This document shows, piece by piece, positions 51,624 to 60,202 of a stretch of DNA of 64,000 nt. How positions within the stretch are numbered: the first letter of the stretch is position 1; each line of letters starts with the position of its first letter. Where the stretch lies: positions 424,249-488,248 of the forward strand of contig CAVZHK010000013.1 of assembly GCA_963775055.1 (NCBI GenBank), read 5' to 3'. The notes beneath the pieces were generated by a model. That model saw only the letters and a list, made by a program, of their open reading frames with translations, was not told the origin of the DNA and did no database searches. The stretch is from an uncultured Acidimicrobiaceae bacterium (GTDB taxonomy: Bacteria; Actinomycetota; Acidimicrobiia; Acidimicrobiales; CAIXPF01). The translations under genes were made by a program, and so were the position numbers.

Positions 51624-52952
51624 TCAGTCCACCCAGCGCACGGGGAGCTCACCAATGGCGCCGACGTGGAGGTTGGCCAGGCGCTTGGGCGGACCGGCCA
51701 GCTCCAGATGGTGCAGGTGAGGGGCCAGTTCCCGGAACACCGCCCGCAGCTCCCAACGGGCCAGGTTGGCGCCGAGGCAGAAGTGTTGCCCGTGCCCAAA
51801 GGCCAGATGGAAGTTCGGCGTGCGGCCCACGTCCAGCCGGTAGGGCTCGGGGAACTGGCGCTCGTCGCGGTTGGCGGAGGGGTACCACAACCCGACGGTG
51901 TCACCTTGCCGGATGGTGGTGCCGGCCAGCTCGAAATCAGCCGTGGCGGTACGGGCGAACTGGATGACCGGTGAGGTCCAACGCAACAGCTCCTCTACCG
52001 CGGTCTCCACCAGCCCGTCGGGATCAGCGGCCAGCCGGTCTCGTTCCCCGGGGTGCTCCAAAAGGGCCTGGACGCCGCCGGTGATGGCGTTGCGGGTGGT
52101 CTCGTTCCCCGCGCCGATCAAAAGGCTCAGGTAGCCGTGCAGCTGCTGATCATCAAGCGGCTGACCGTCCACCGTGGCGTGCACCAAAAGGGTGGCCAGG
52201 TCCTCACCGCCGTCTGGACCGGCGGCCCGACGTTGGGCGATGAGCTGGTCACGCCAGTCGTGGAACTCCCGACCCAGCCGGCGGCGGATGTCCTTGGAGG
52301 TCTCCCCGGGCTGGGCGTGCTCAGCGGCCACCATGGGGAACAGCAGCATGTCCGTCCACGCCAGGATCTGGGACCAGTCCTCACGGGGCAAGCCCATCAT
52401 CCCGCAGATGGTGGCCAGCGGCACCCCCACCGACAGGTTGGCCACCAGGTCCAGCGGCTCACCGTTGGCCGCTCGGGCCCGCTTCACGAACTCCGCCACG
52501 AAGTGCTTGGCCAGATCCGCCAGGTCTTCCTCGAGGCGGCGCATGGAGGCCGGGGTGAAGCGGCGCATGGTCAGCATGCGCAGGTCGAGGTGCTCGGGAC
52601 GGTCGAGGAACACCATGTCCAACGGGGCCTCTGGGTTCCAACCGAAGCGCTCGAACTGGCGGTGCTTGAAGCGCTCCTGGGCGTCGAGCCCGCGATCGGT
52701 GTCCAGGCGCAGGATGGGGCCGCTGTTGATGAACGTCTCGGGGTTTGAATGCACCGTGTGGACGTCCTGGTAGCGGGTCACCGCCCAGAACGGCGGGAAC
52801 CCTGAACGTTCATAACGGTGCACCGGCGAGTGTTCCCGGAGCAGATCCCAGGCCCGCCACGGATAGCCGTTGGCCACGTAGCGGCCGGTGCTGGTGATGT
52901 CGAGCTCGTCGGGATGCAGCTGATCCAGATCGACGGTGTCGGTGACGGTCAT
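51624..52952 (-). CDS. cytochrome P450
   Basis: FGHGQHFCLGANLAR heme loop and GAGNETTRN I-helix. ATG 52952 (MTVTDTVDL...) is preferred over ORF start 53060, which overlaps the next gene. Confidence 0.9.
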   Translation of the reverse strand: MTVTDTVDLDQLHPDELDITSTGRYVANGYPWRAWDLLREHSPVHRYERSGFPPFWAVTRYQDVHTVHSNPETFINSGPILRLDTDRGLDAQERFKHRQFERFGWNPEAPLDMVFLDRPEHLDLRMLTMRRFTPASMRRLEEDLADLAKHFVAEFVKRARAANGEPLDLVANLSVGVPLATICGMMGLPREDWSQILAWTDMLLFPMVAAEHAQPGETSKDIRRRLGREFHDWRDQLIAQRRAAGPDGGEDLATLLVHATVDGQPLDDQQLHGYLSLLIGAGNETTRNAITGGVQALLEHPGERDRLAADPDGLVETAVEELLRWTSPVIQFARTATADFELAGTTIRQGDTVGLWYPSANRDERQFPEPYRLDVGRTPNFHLAFGHGQHFCLGANLARWELRAVFRELAPHLHHLELAGPPKRLANLHVGAIGELPVRWVD

Positions 52953-53010
52953 CGAGATTCCCCCAAGGCCGGTGCGCTGGGTTGCAGGATAGCGGGCGGC
53001 GCGGGAACGC

Positions 53011-53511
53011 TCAGCCGCCAGGTGCGGGGTCGCGCTCCCACCGCACCACGTCCTCCACATGGCCGCTCTCCACGTCGTACACGAAGCCGGCGATGGCTTT
53101 CACCGGCCCCAGGTAGTCGGTGTTGACCAGGATGTGGATGTCCTCCCGTAGCGCCTCGCTGTGATGGTCGATCGGATGGAACTCCAGGTCCGCACCGGTT
53201 CGCTGGCGGAGTTGCTCGTTGGAGGAGCCGGCCAAGCCACACTTGGTGTGTTGCATGACCACCACCGTGTCCGCGCCCAGCACGTGGGTGGATAGGGCCA
53301 GGCTGCGCAACACGTCCTCGGTGACCCGACCGCCGGCGTTGCGGATCACGTGCGCCTCGCCCAGGTGCAGCCCGAGCACGGCGAACACGTCGATGCGGGC
53401 GTCCATGCAGGTCACCACGGCCAGGTGCCGGCTGGGCCGGGCGTCAGCCACGTTGGCCCGGGCCAGGGCATACCCCTCGTTGGCGTCGAGCAGGTGCTGC
53501 AGGTCTGGCAT
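53011..53511 (-). CDS. beta-class carbonic anhydrase
   Basis: Zinc ligands in VVTCMDARID and MQHTKCG. The start is set at ATG 53511 because the upstream ORF extension (to 53628) overlaps a plus-strand cobalamin riboswitch. Confidence 0.85.
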   Translation of the reverse strand: MPDLQHLLDANEGYALARANVADARPSRHLAVVTCMDARIDVFAVLGLHLGEAHVIRNAGGRVTEDVLRSLALSTHVLGADTVVVMQHTKCGLAGSSNEQLRQRTGADLEFHPIDHHSEALREDIHILVNTDYLGPVKAIAGFVYDVESGHVEDVVRWERDPAPGG

Positions 53512-53529
53512 GGCGGCGAATGCTACGTC

Positions 53530-53665
53530 CCACTCCAGGACACGCAGGACTATGCTCATCCGGCCGAGCACGGCAGCGAAATCCGGTGTGAACCCGGTGC
53601 TGTCCCGCAACTGTGATGCCTCCACCATCGGTGGGGGTTAAGCCAGGTCGCCTGCTGGTTCGGTC
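53530..53665 (+). promoter_or_regulatory. cobalamin (adenosylcobalamin) riboswitch
   Basis: The core GCGAAATCCGGTGTGAACCCGGTGCTGTCCCGCAACTGTGA (53575-53615) matches the conserved GGGAA-GGTG-AA-CC...CCCGC-ACTGT block. The B12-box-like AAGCCAGGTCGCCTGC lies at 53640-53655. Possible P1 pairs CCAG..GCAGG (53535-53547) with CCTGCTGG (53651-58). It lies upstream of the btuF-like gene. Confidence 0.85.
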
Positions 53666-53792
53666 TGAAACGACACGCGCTCTCGAGGGATGGGGCGGTT
53701 CGTGCGGCAGGTCCTGCCGAGCGGGCACCCGGTTCCTCGACGGCTCCCGGAACGAGGACCCGAACTTGCCGCTCGCCTATCGCCCCCCAACC

Positions 53793-54770
53793 GTGCCTCA
53801 GCGTCGCCGGCGCGCCCTTCCTGTTCTGCTGGCGACCGCGGCCTTGACGTTGTTCGGTCTGGCGGCCTGCGGGTCCGACGATGGCGCCAGCAGGGACGGC
53901 GGGCCGGGCACGACGGAGCCGGGCGCGGGAGCAGCGCAGGTCAAGGCCGGCTTTCCAGTAGAGGTGGCGGCCGACAACGGTGCGGTGACCATCCCAGCGG
54001 CACCCGCGGCGATCATCTCGCTCTCCCCGAGCGCGACCGAGATGCTCTTCGCCATCGGTGCCGGCGGCCAGGTCAAGGCCGTTGATGATCAGTCGAACCA
54101 TCCCGCCGGGGTGCCCACCACCGACCTGTCGGGCTTCACCCCCAATCTGGAGGCCATCGTGGGCATGTCACCGGATCTGCTGGTGGTGTCCGATGCCACC
54201 CCGGAACTGCTCGACGGGATGGCCGCGGCCAAGGTGCCGGTACTGGCGCTGGGCGCGGCGGTCACGCTGGATGACACCTATCGGCAGATCGAGTTGCTGG
54301 GGATGGCCACCGGGCAGGTCAGAGGGGCTGCGGAGGTGGTGGCGGAGATGGAATCGCGGATCAGCGCCCTGCAGGCGTCACTGCCCAAACCCACCAAGCC
54401 GGTGCGGTACTTCCACGAACTCGATGACACCCTGTACACGGTCACCTCCAAGACCTTCGTGGGTGAGGTCTACGCGATGTTGGGCCTGGTCAACGTGGCT
54501 GACGCGGCCGACAAGGACGGTAGCGGCTACCCGCAGCTCTCCCCTGAGGCCCTCATCGCCGCCGATCCCGATCTGATTTTCCTGGCCGACACCAAGTGCT
54601 GCGGTCAGGACGCCCGAACGGTGGCGACGCGCCCGGGCTTCGCCAACCTCAAGGCCGTCCGCAACAACGGAGTGATCGCCCTCGACGACGACGTCGCCTC
54701 GCGCTGGGGCCCCCGGGTGGTCGACCTGATGGAAACCATCGCCGCCGCGCTCAAGACTCGAAGCGCCTGA
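53793..54770 (+). CDS. btuF: cobalamin/siderophore-type ABC transporter substrate-binding lipoprotein (BtuF-like)
   Basis: Lipobox LFGLAAC. IISLSPSATEMLFAIGAGGQVKAVDD is typical of the cluster-A binding proteins. Downstream of the cobalamin riboswitch. Start GTG 53793 or TTG 53766. Confidence 0.8.
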   Translation: MPQRRRRALPVLLATAALTLFGLAACGSDDGASRDGGPGTTEPGAGAAQVKAGFPVEVAADNGAVTIPAAPAAIISLSPSATEMLFAIGAGGQVKAVDDQSNHPAGVPTTDLSGFTPNLEAIVGMSPDLLVVSDATPELLDGMAAAKVPVLALGAAVTLDDTYRQIELLGMATGQVRGAAEVVAEMESRISALQASLPKPTKPVRYFHELDDTLYTVTSKTFVGEVYAMLGLVNVADAADKDGSGYPQLSPEALIAADPDLIFLADTKCCGQDARTVATRPGFANLKAVRNNGVIALDDDVASRWGPRVVDLMETIAAALKTRSA

Positions 54771-54804
54771 CCCGGGCAACCATGATCGAGGTTGGGCGGG
54801 GTCG

Positions 54805-55911
54805 ATGCTGAGCGGTGTGGGCCCAGCGGCAGGCGCCGTTGGCCCGCCACGCCCGCGCCCTGCGATCAGCGAGGACAGCGTCGTGGAGCCCGACGGCGCG
54901 CCACGAACCCCTGATCGGCTGACCTTGGCCTGGCTGGCGGCAGGCTTCGGGGCGGTGGCGCTGGCACTGGTGGTTGGCGTCGGGGTGGGGCCGGTGGCGG
55001 TCAGCCCGTGGGGCATCGTGCGGGAACTGCTCGGCTTCGACTCAGGGCTGAGCCCGCAACAGGCCACCATCATGTGGGACCTGCGATTGCCCCGGGTGGT
55101 GCTCGGCCTGCTGGTGGGCGGGGTCTTGTCCCTGGCCGGGGGCGCTTACCAGGCCACCTTCCGCAACCCGCTGGCCGACCCCTACCTGCTCGGGGTGGCC
55201 GGTGGGGCGGGGTTCGGGGCCACCGCGGTGATCGTTTCGAGTGGGCCCAACGCCGGTTGGGTGCCGGTGGGGGCCTTCGTCGGTGCCATGGCCGCCATGG
55301 CCGCCACCTACCTGCTGGGCGCCGCCGGCGGTCGGGCCGGTTCCTCGATGTCCCTGTTGTTGGCCGGGGTGGCGGTGGCTGCGTTCTTCACCGCCATGCA
55401 GACCTACCTGCAGCAACGCAACCAGGATGACATCCGCCGGGTGTACGCCTGGATCCTCGGGCGGCTGTCGACCTCGGGCTGGCATGAGGTGCTGCTGCTG
55501 TTGCCCTACGCCGCGGTAGCAATGGTGGTGCTGCTGGGGGCGCGACGCTGGCTGGACGTGCTTTCCCTCGGCGATGACGAAGCGACCACCCTGGGCGCCA
55601 ACCCCCGTCGGATCCGGTTGGTGGTCATCGTGGCCGCCACGTTGGGAACCGCGGCGGCGGTGGCGGTGAGCGGGCTCATCGTGTTCGTCGGCATCATCGT
55701 GCCCCACACCGTGCGGTTGCTGGCCGGCTCCTCGGCCCGGCGGGTGTTGCCCCTGTCAGTGCTGTTCGGCGCGGCTTTCCTGGCCTTGGCGGATCTGGCG
55801 GCCCGCACCGTGATGGCCCCCGCCGAGCTGCCCATCGGCGTGCTCACGGCCTTCCTGGGCGCGCCGTTCTTCGTCACCGTGCTGCGTTCCGGCCGGGACG
55901 ACAGCTCATGA
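54805..55911 (+). CDS. btuC: FecCD/BtuC-family ABC transporter permease
   Basis: Multiple TM segments. IMWDLRLPRVVLGLLVGGVLSLAGGAYQATFRNPLADPYLLGV signature. Confidence 0.85.
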   Translation: MLSGVGPAAGAVGPPRPRPAISEDSVVEPDGAPRTPDRLTLAWLAAGFGAVALALVVGVGVGPVAVSPWGIVRELLGFDSGLSPQQATIMWDLRLPRVVLGLLVGGVLSLAGGAYQATFRNPLADPYLLGVAGGAGFGATAVIVSSGPNAGWVPVGAFVGAMAAMAATYLLGAAGGRAGSSMSLLLAGVAVAAFFTAMQTYLQQRNQDDIRRVYAWILGRLSTSGWHEVLLLLPYAAVAMVVLLGARRWLDVLSLGDDEATTLGANPRRIRLVVIVAATLGTAAAVAVSGLIVFVGIIVPHTVRLLAGSSARRVLPLSVLFGAAFLALADLAARTVMAPAELPIGVLTAFLGAPFFVTVLRSGRDDSS

Positions 55912-56732
55912 CAGCCCCGCTGGTGGGTCCGGCTCTGGAGCTGGCAGGGGTGTCGGTGCGGCTCGCCCGGCGGCGGGTAGTACAGGACGTGTCAGTGAGC
56001 GTGCCCTCCGGCCGGTGGCTGTCGGTGGTGGGCGCTAACGGGGCCGGCAAGTCGACCCTGCTGCGAGCGGTGGTGGGGCTGGTGCGCCATGAGGGAGTCA
56101 TTCGCCTCGGTGGACGGGACAACGCCACCATCACCAATCGGCAGCGGGCCCGGCTGGTGACCATGGTGGCCCAGAACCCGGTCCTGCCGCCGGCCATGTC
56201 CGTCAACGCCTACGCCCTGCTCGGCCGCACCGCCCACCTGGGACCCCTGGGCCGGGAGTCCGCCGATGATCTGGACCGGGTGGCGCAGGCCCTCCAGCGG
56301 CTCGACGCCAGCGGGCTGGCAACCCGACGGCTGGGCAACCTGTCCGGCGGGGAGGCCCAACGGGTCACGATCGCCCGGGCCCTGGTGCAGGACACCCCGC
56401 TGCTGTTGTTGGACGAGCCGACCAGTTCGCTCGACATCGGTCATCAGCTGGCCATGTTGGACCTGGTCGACGAGCTGCGCCGCGAGAGGGGCCTGGCGGT
56501 GCTGTCAACCATGCACGACCTGACGTTGGCGGCCCAATACGCCGACGAGCTGCTGCTGTTGCACCAGGGAACGGTGGTGGCTGCGGGCCCACCGGCGAGC
56601 GTGCTGTGCGAGGACAACCTGACCCGTTACTACGGCGCCCGGGTGCGAGTGGTGCGCGACGGTGAGGCGCTGGTGGTGGTGCCGCTCCGGGCGGGCCTCA
56701 CGGCGCCTGTCCCGGACCGTCCGGGGCCATGA
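55908..56732 (+). CDS. btuD: ABC transporter ATP-binding protein (BtuD/FecE-like)
   Basis: Walker A GANGAGKST, LSGGEAQR, LLLLDEPTSSLD. 4-nt overlaps with both neighbours. Confidence 0.88.
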   Translation: MTAPLVGPALELAGVSVRLARRRVVQDVSVSVPSGRWLSVVGANGAGKSTLLRAVVGLVRHEGVIRLGGRDNATITNRQRARLVTMVAQNPVLPPAMSVNAYALLGRTAHLGPLGRESADDLDRVAQALQRLDASGLATRRLGNLSGGEAQRVTIARALVQDTPLLLLDEPTSSLDIGHQLAMLDLVDELRRERGLAVLSTMHDLTLAAQYADELLLLHQGTVVAAGPPASVLCEDNLTRYYGARVRVVRDGEALVVVPLRAGLTAPVPDRPGP

Positions 56733-57581
56733 CCATCACACCCTTGCTTACCATCACACCCTTGCTTACCGTCACACCCTTGCTTACCGTCACACCTTCG
56801 CTGACCAGCCGGGTTGAGGCCGGGGTCTCGCTGTCCATGCTGTGGTGGCGGGCGCCGCGACTGCTGCGGGCGGTGTCGACCTCGATGGTCGGCGGGGGTC
56901 TGGGTACCCGCCGCTGGTTCCTCAACGCTCAGGTCCCGGCTGACTACGACCGGACCGATCCTGACGTTCACCTTCGCCGGCTGGCCCGGTCCGTGGGTCT
57001 GACCGGTCAGGGGGTGGCCATGATGACCGCAGTGGACGTCACCACGGTGGTGCGTTGCGTCGTGGACGGGGTGACGGTGCTGGCCACGGTGGGGCTGGGC
57101 AGGCCGACCTGGGCCGCGCCCCGCCCTGGTGTGCCCGATGGCTGGCGGTCAGGAGTGGGGGAGGGCACCGTCGGCGGAGTCGGCACGGTGGGCGGAGTCG
57201 GCACGATCAACCTGCTCGTGTTGGTCGACGCCTTCGTGGATGACGGCGCGCTGGTGAACCTGCTGGCCACGGCCACGGAGGCCAGAAACCCAGGCCCTGG
57301 CCGAGGCCGCCGTGCCCGGCAGCGGGACCGCCTCCGATGCCCTGTGTGTCGCCTGTTCCGATCCCCGCGCCGGTCGGCAGGGCGAATCCGGTCCCCCCCG
57401 GCCACCGGGAGTGGGCTTCGATGCGGACTCAACGGGGGATCCCGGGCACGGCGCACGTCGATTCGGCGGACCGAGATCACCGTGGGGCCTCCGCGTGGCC
57501 GGGGCCGTGCACCGCGCCGTCACCGAGGGCGCGCGGCAAGACCATCAGCGGGCCGTTGTCGGGGGCTGGCCGCGGGGCTGA
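56729..57581 (+). pseudogene. cbiZ: adenosylcobinamide amidohydrolase CbiZ-like, frameshift near 57284-57290, repeat-containing N-terminus
   Basis: GTINLLVLVDAFVDDGALVNLLATATEA lies in the first frame. QALAEAAVPGSGTASDALCVAC continues in the frame of ORF 57312..57581. Last gene of the riboswitch-controlled btu operon. Confidence 0.7.
56732..56803 (+). repeat. 4 x 18-bp in-frame tandem repeat (TITPLL-TITPLL-TVTPLL-TVTPSL)
   Basis: accatcacacccttgctt x2, accgtcacacccttgctt, accgtcacaccttcgctg, starting directly after the cbiZ ATG. Confidence 0.95.
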
Positions 57582-57628
57582 CGGCGACCCGCCGGACTGT
57601 TAGGTTCCGCAGCCGAAGGGGGGCCGTG

Positions 57629-58084
57629 ATGGCGATCAAGGACATTTTCCACATCAACGTCAACTGCACCGACCTGGAGCGCTCCCGGGCGTTCTACGAG
57701 TTGGTGGGGTTCAAGGTGGTGGCCGATCTGGGCACCGGCGGCAGCAGCGACATGCTCACGGGGCTGGCGTTGCCGCAGGGCAGCCGGGCCAAGGCGGTGC
57801 TCATGATGCTGGAGCCCGACAAACCCCGGGGCACCCGGCTGGATCTCATCCAGTGGATCGACCCACCCACCAAGGGGGCCCCGGCGCCGGATCTGGCCCA
57901 TGCCGGGGCGGTCCGCATCGCCCTGTGGACCATCGGCATCGACCAGGAGTACCAGCGACTGCTCGACGGCGGGGTGGAGTTCCTGTCCGCCCCGGTAGGC
58001 ATGGCCGGCACCACCCGGTTCTGCTGCTTCAAGGACCCCGACGGGACCATCCTGGAGCTCATCGACTTCGGAGGCCGGCAATGA
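57629..58084 (+). CDS. VOC/glyoxalase-family protein
   Basis: IFHINVNCTDLERSRAFYELVGF and C-terminal FKDPDGTILELI are typical of the vicinal oxygen chelate fold. Confidence 0.82.
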   Translation: MAIKDIFHINVNCTDLERSRAFYELVGFKVVADLGTGGSSDMLTGLALPQGSRAKAVLMMLEPDKPRGTRLDLIQWIDPPTKGAPAPDLAHAGAVRIALWTIGIDQEYQRLLDGGVEFLSAPVGMAGTTRFCCFKDPDGTILELIDFGGRQ

Positions 58085-59292
58085 GCCTGAACGGCGCCGC
58101 TGCGGTCACCGGGGTGGCCGAGCTGAAGCCCACCCGCTGGACCGACGATGAGACCACCATCGGGTTGTTCACCCAGGTCGGCTTGCAAGCCATCGCCGAC
58201 GCCGGGCTCAACCTGCACGACATCGACGGGCTCATCGCCCATCCCATGGCGGGGTTGCCGATGCTGGTGCCCTCCACCCTGATCGAGTCGATGGGGCTGC
58301 GCTGCAGCTTCGCGGAGACGGTTGATCTGGGCGGAGCCACCGGGGCGGCGATGGTGTGGCGGGCGGCGGCGGCCATTGCCTCGGGCCAGGCCAACGCCGT
58401 GCTGTGCGTCACCGCCTCCCGTCGCAAACGCCGTGCGCCGGCCGCAGCGGGGGCTCGTTCTGCTGGCTCCGGTACCGCCGGGGTGGGCGGCAAGGACACC
58501 TCGGCCTGGGCGGAGTTCGAGGTCCCCTTCGGCAACGTGGGGGCCAACATCGGTTACGCCATGATCGCCCAGCGCTACCTACACGAACAGCAGGCCACCG
58601 CCGAACAGTTGGCCAAGATCGCGGTGCATCAGCGCGACAACGCCTGCGCCAACCCCGACGCCTGGTTCTACGGGCAGCCCATCACTGTGTCCGACGTGCT
58701 GGATTCCCCGATGGTGGCCGATCCGCTGCACTTCCTGGAGATCGTCATGCCCTCCGCTGGCGGCGCCGCGCTGGTGGTGGTCGGCCCCGAACTGGCCCGC
58801 AAATGGGAGGCCGAACGGGCCATCCCGGCGGCGTGGCTGCTGGGCGCCGGAGAGTGCTGCACACACAAGACGGTGACCTACGCCCCCAGCCTGATGGACA
58901 CCGCCATCAAACCCGCCGCTGACCGGGCCTTTGCCCAGTCCGGGGTGACCCGCAGCCAGATCGGGCTGGCCTCCCTCTATGACTGCTACACGATCACCGT
59001 GTTGGTGACCTTGGAGGAAGCGGGGTTCTGCGGTCGGGGCGAGGGCGGCCGTTTCGTGGAGGAACACGACCTGCGCTGGAACGGTGACTTCCCGCTCAAC
59101 ACCCACGGCGGGCAGCTCAGCTTCAGCCAACCCGGCCTCGCCGGCGGCATGAGCCACGTGACGGAGGCTGTGCGTCAGGTGCAACAACGAAGCGGGCAAC
59201 GGCAGGTCAGGGATCTGGAGTTCGCCTTCGTCAACGGCAATGGGGGGATCATGTCCGAGGAGTGCGCACTGGTGTTGGGGGTGGCGCCGTGA
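58081..59292 (+). CDS. thiolase-like / SCP-x-type lipid-transfer protein
   Basis: 403 aa. Thiolase-fold pattern (GVAELKP..., ...NTHGGQLSFSQPGLAGGMSHV) lacking the classical N-terminal Cys context. Paired with a DUF35 gene, as is typical. Confidence 0.75.
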   Translation: MSLNGAAAVTGVAELKPTRWTDDETTIGLFTQVGLQAIADAGLNLHDIDGLIAHPMAGLPMLVPSTLIESMGLRCSFAETVDLGGATGAAMVWRAAAAIASGQANAVLCVTASRRKRRAPAAAGARSAGSGTAGVGGKDTSAWAEFEVPFGNVGANIGYAMIAQRYLHEQQATAEQLAKIAVHQRDNACANPDAWFYGQPITVSDVLDSPMVADPLHFLEIVMPSAGGAALVVVGPELARKWEAERAIPAAWLLGAGECCTHKTVTYAPSLMDTAIKPAADRAFAQSGVTRSQIGLASLYDCYTITVLVTLEEAGFCGRGEGGRFVEEHDLRWNGDFPLNTHGGQLSFSQPGLAGGMSHVTEAVRQVQQRSGQRQVRDLEFAFVNGNGGIMSEECALVLGVAP

Positions 59293-59693
59293 GCCATCCT
59301 CGCCCCCTCGCCCCTTCGGTGCTGACCCGCCCGTTCTGGGAGGCCACCGCCGAGGGCCGGTTCCTGATCCAGCGCTGCGAAGGGTGCCGGGCGGCCATCT
59401 TCTACCCCCGCCCGTCCTGCCCCGAATGCGGCCGTCCTGATCCCGCTTGGGAACCCGCGTCAGGGACCGCCACGGTGCATACCTTCAGCATCGCCCGACG
59501 TCCGACCCACCCCAAGTTCACCGGCGACGAGCCCTACGTGGTGGCCATCGTGCAGTTGGAGGAGGGCCCGCTGGTGACCACCAACATCGTGGGGTGCGAT
59601 CCCTCCGACGTGCACATCGGCATGCCGGTCACCGTCACCTTCGACGCGGTCGGTCCCGACGGGTTCGCCCTGCCGTTCTTCGCGCCGAGTTAG
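59289..59693 (+). CDS. DUF35 OB-fold / rubredoxin-like zinc-ribbon acyl-CoA-associated protein
   Basis: PFWEATAEGRFLIQRCEGCRAAIFYPRPSCPECG zinc ribbon followed by an OB-fold region. GTGA overlap with the thiolase-like gene. Confidence 0.8.
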   Translation: MSHPRPLAPSVLTRPFWEATAEGRFLIQRCEGCRAAIFYPRPSCPECGRPDPAWEPASGTATVHTFSIARRPTHPKFTGDEPYVVAIVQLEEGPLVTTNIVGCDPSDVHIGMPVTVTFDAVGPDGFALPFFAPS

Positions 59694-59733
59694 CGCTCGC
59701 GCCACCATCGGCGCGCTCGAACCGCGGGTCTCC

Positions 59734-60132
59734 TCAGAAGGCCCGGCGGCGAAGCGTCCGTCGACGGCGGTGGGGCGAACGGTTGGCCCGGACGTGGTTG
59801 ACGGTGCGCACCATCACCACCCCGAGGCATCCCCCGGCGGCCATGAGCGCCAGCACCGCCACGGCCTGCGCCACCAGCAAGACGGCACCGGCCAGGGCCA
59901 ACCCGCCCAGCAAGCCCGACAAGGCGGTCAGCAGGGTGCGGTCCGTTCGGAGACGGGCCCGGCGCTCGATCTGGCGCAGGGGCAACTGTTGACGCAGCGA
60001 GCGTTCGATCACGCTCCAGGTGTGCGCTTCGGTGGGGCTGAGGGTCTCGTCGGGGCCGGGCTCATACGACACCCCAATATTGTCGACAGGTAGGGCGGTC
60101 CGGTTTACCCAAGATTTCCCAAGTCCCGACAT
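59734..60132 (-). CDS. DUF3040-like small membrane protein
   Basis: 132-aa ORF. N-terminal LSPTEAHTWSVIERSL helix, two adjacent TM helices, Arg-rich tail. Confidence 0.5.
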   Translation of the reverse strand: MSGLGKSWVNRTALPVDNIGVSYEPGPDETLSPTEAHTWSVIERSLRQQLPLRQIERRARLRTDRTLLTALSGLLGGLALAGAVLLVAQAVAVLALMAAGGCLGVVMVRTVNHVRANRSPHRRRRTLRRRAF

Positions 60133-60202
60133 TCTGATGGAACCGCGTCCGCGCCATGCCCGGGCGTCATCGCTGTCACGGGGGTCGTGCTAGGAACACC
60201 AC

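Noticed and set aside
56732-56803. Tandem repeats at 56732-56803, 11533-11617 and 14473-14511 as possible CRISPR-like arrays
   Set aside because: The repeats are directly adjacent with no spacers, have unit lengths of 6-18 bp, lie in frame inside coding regions, and no cas genes are present.
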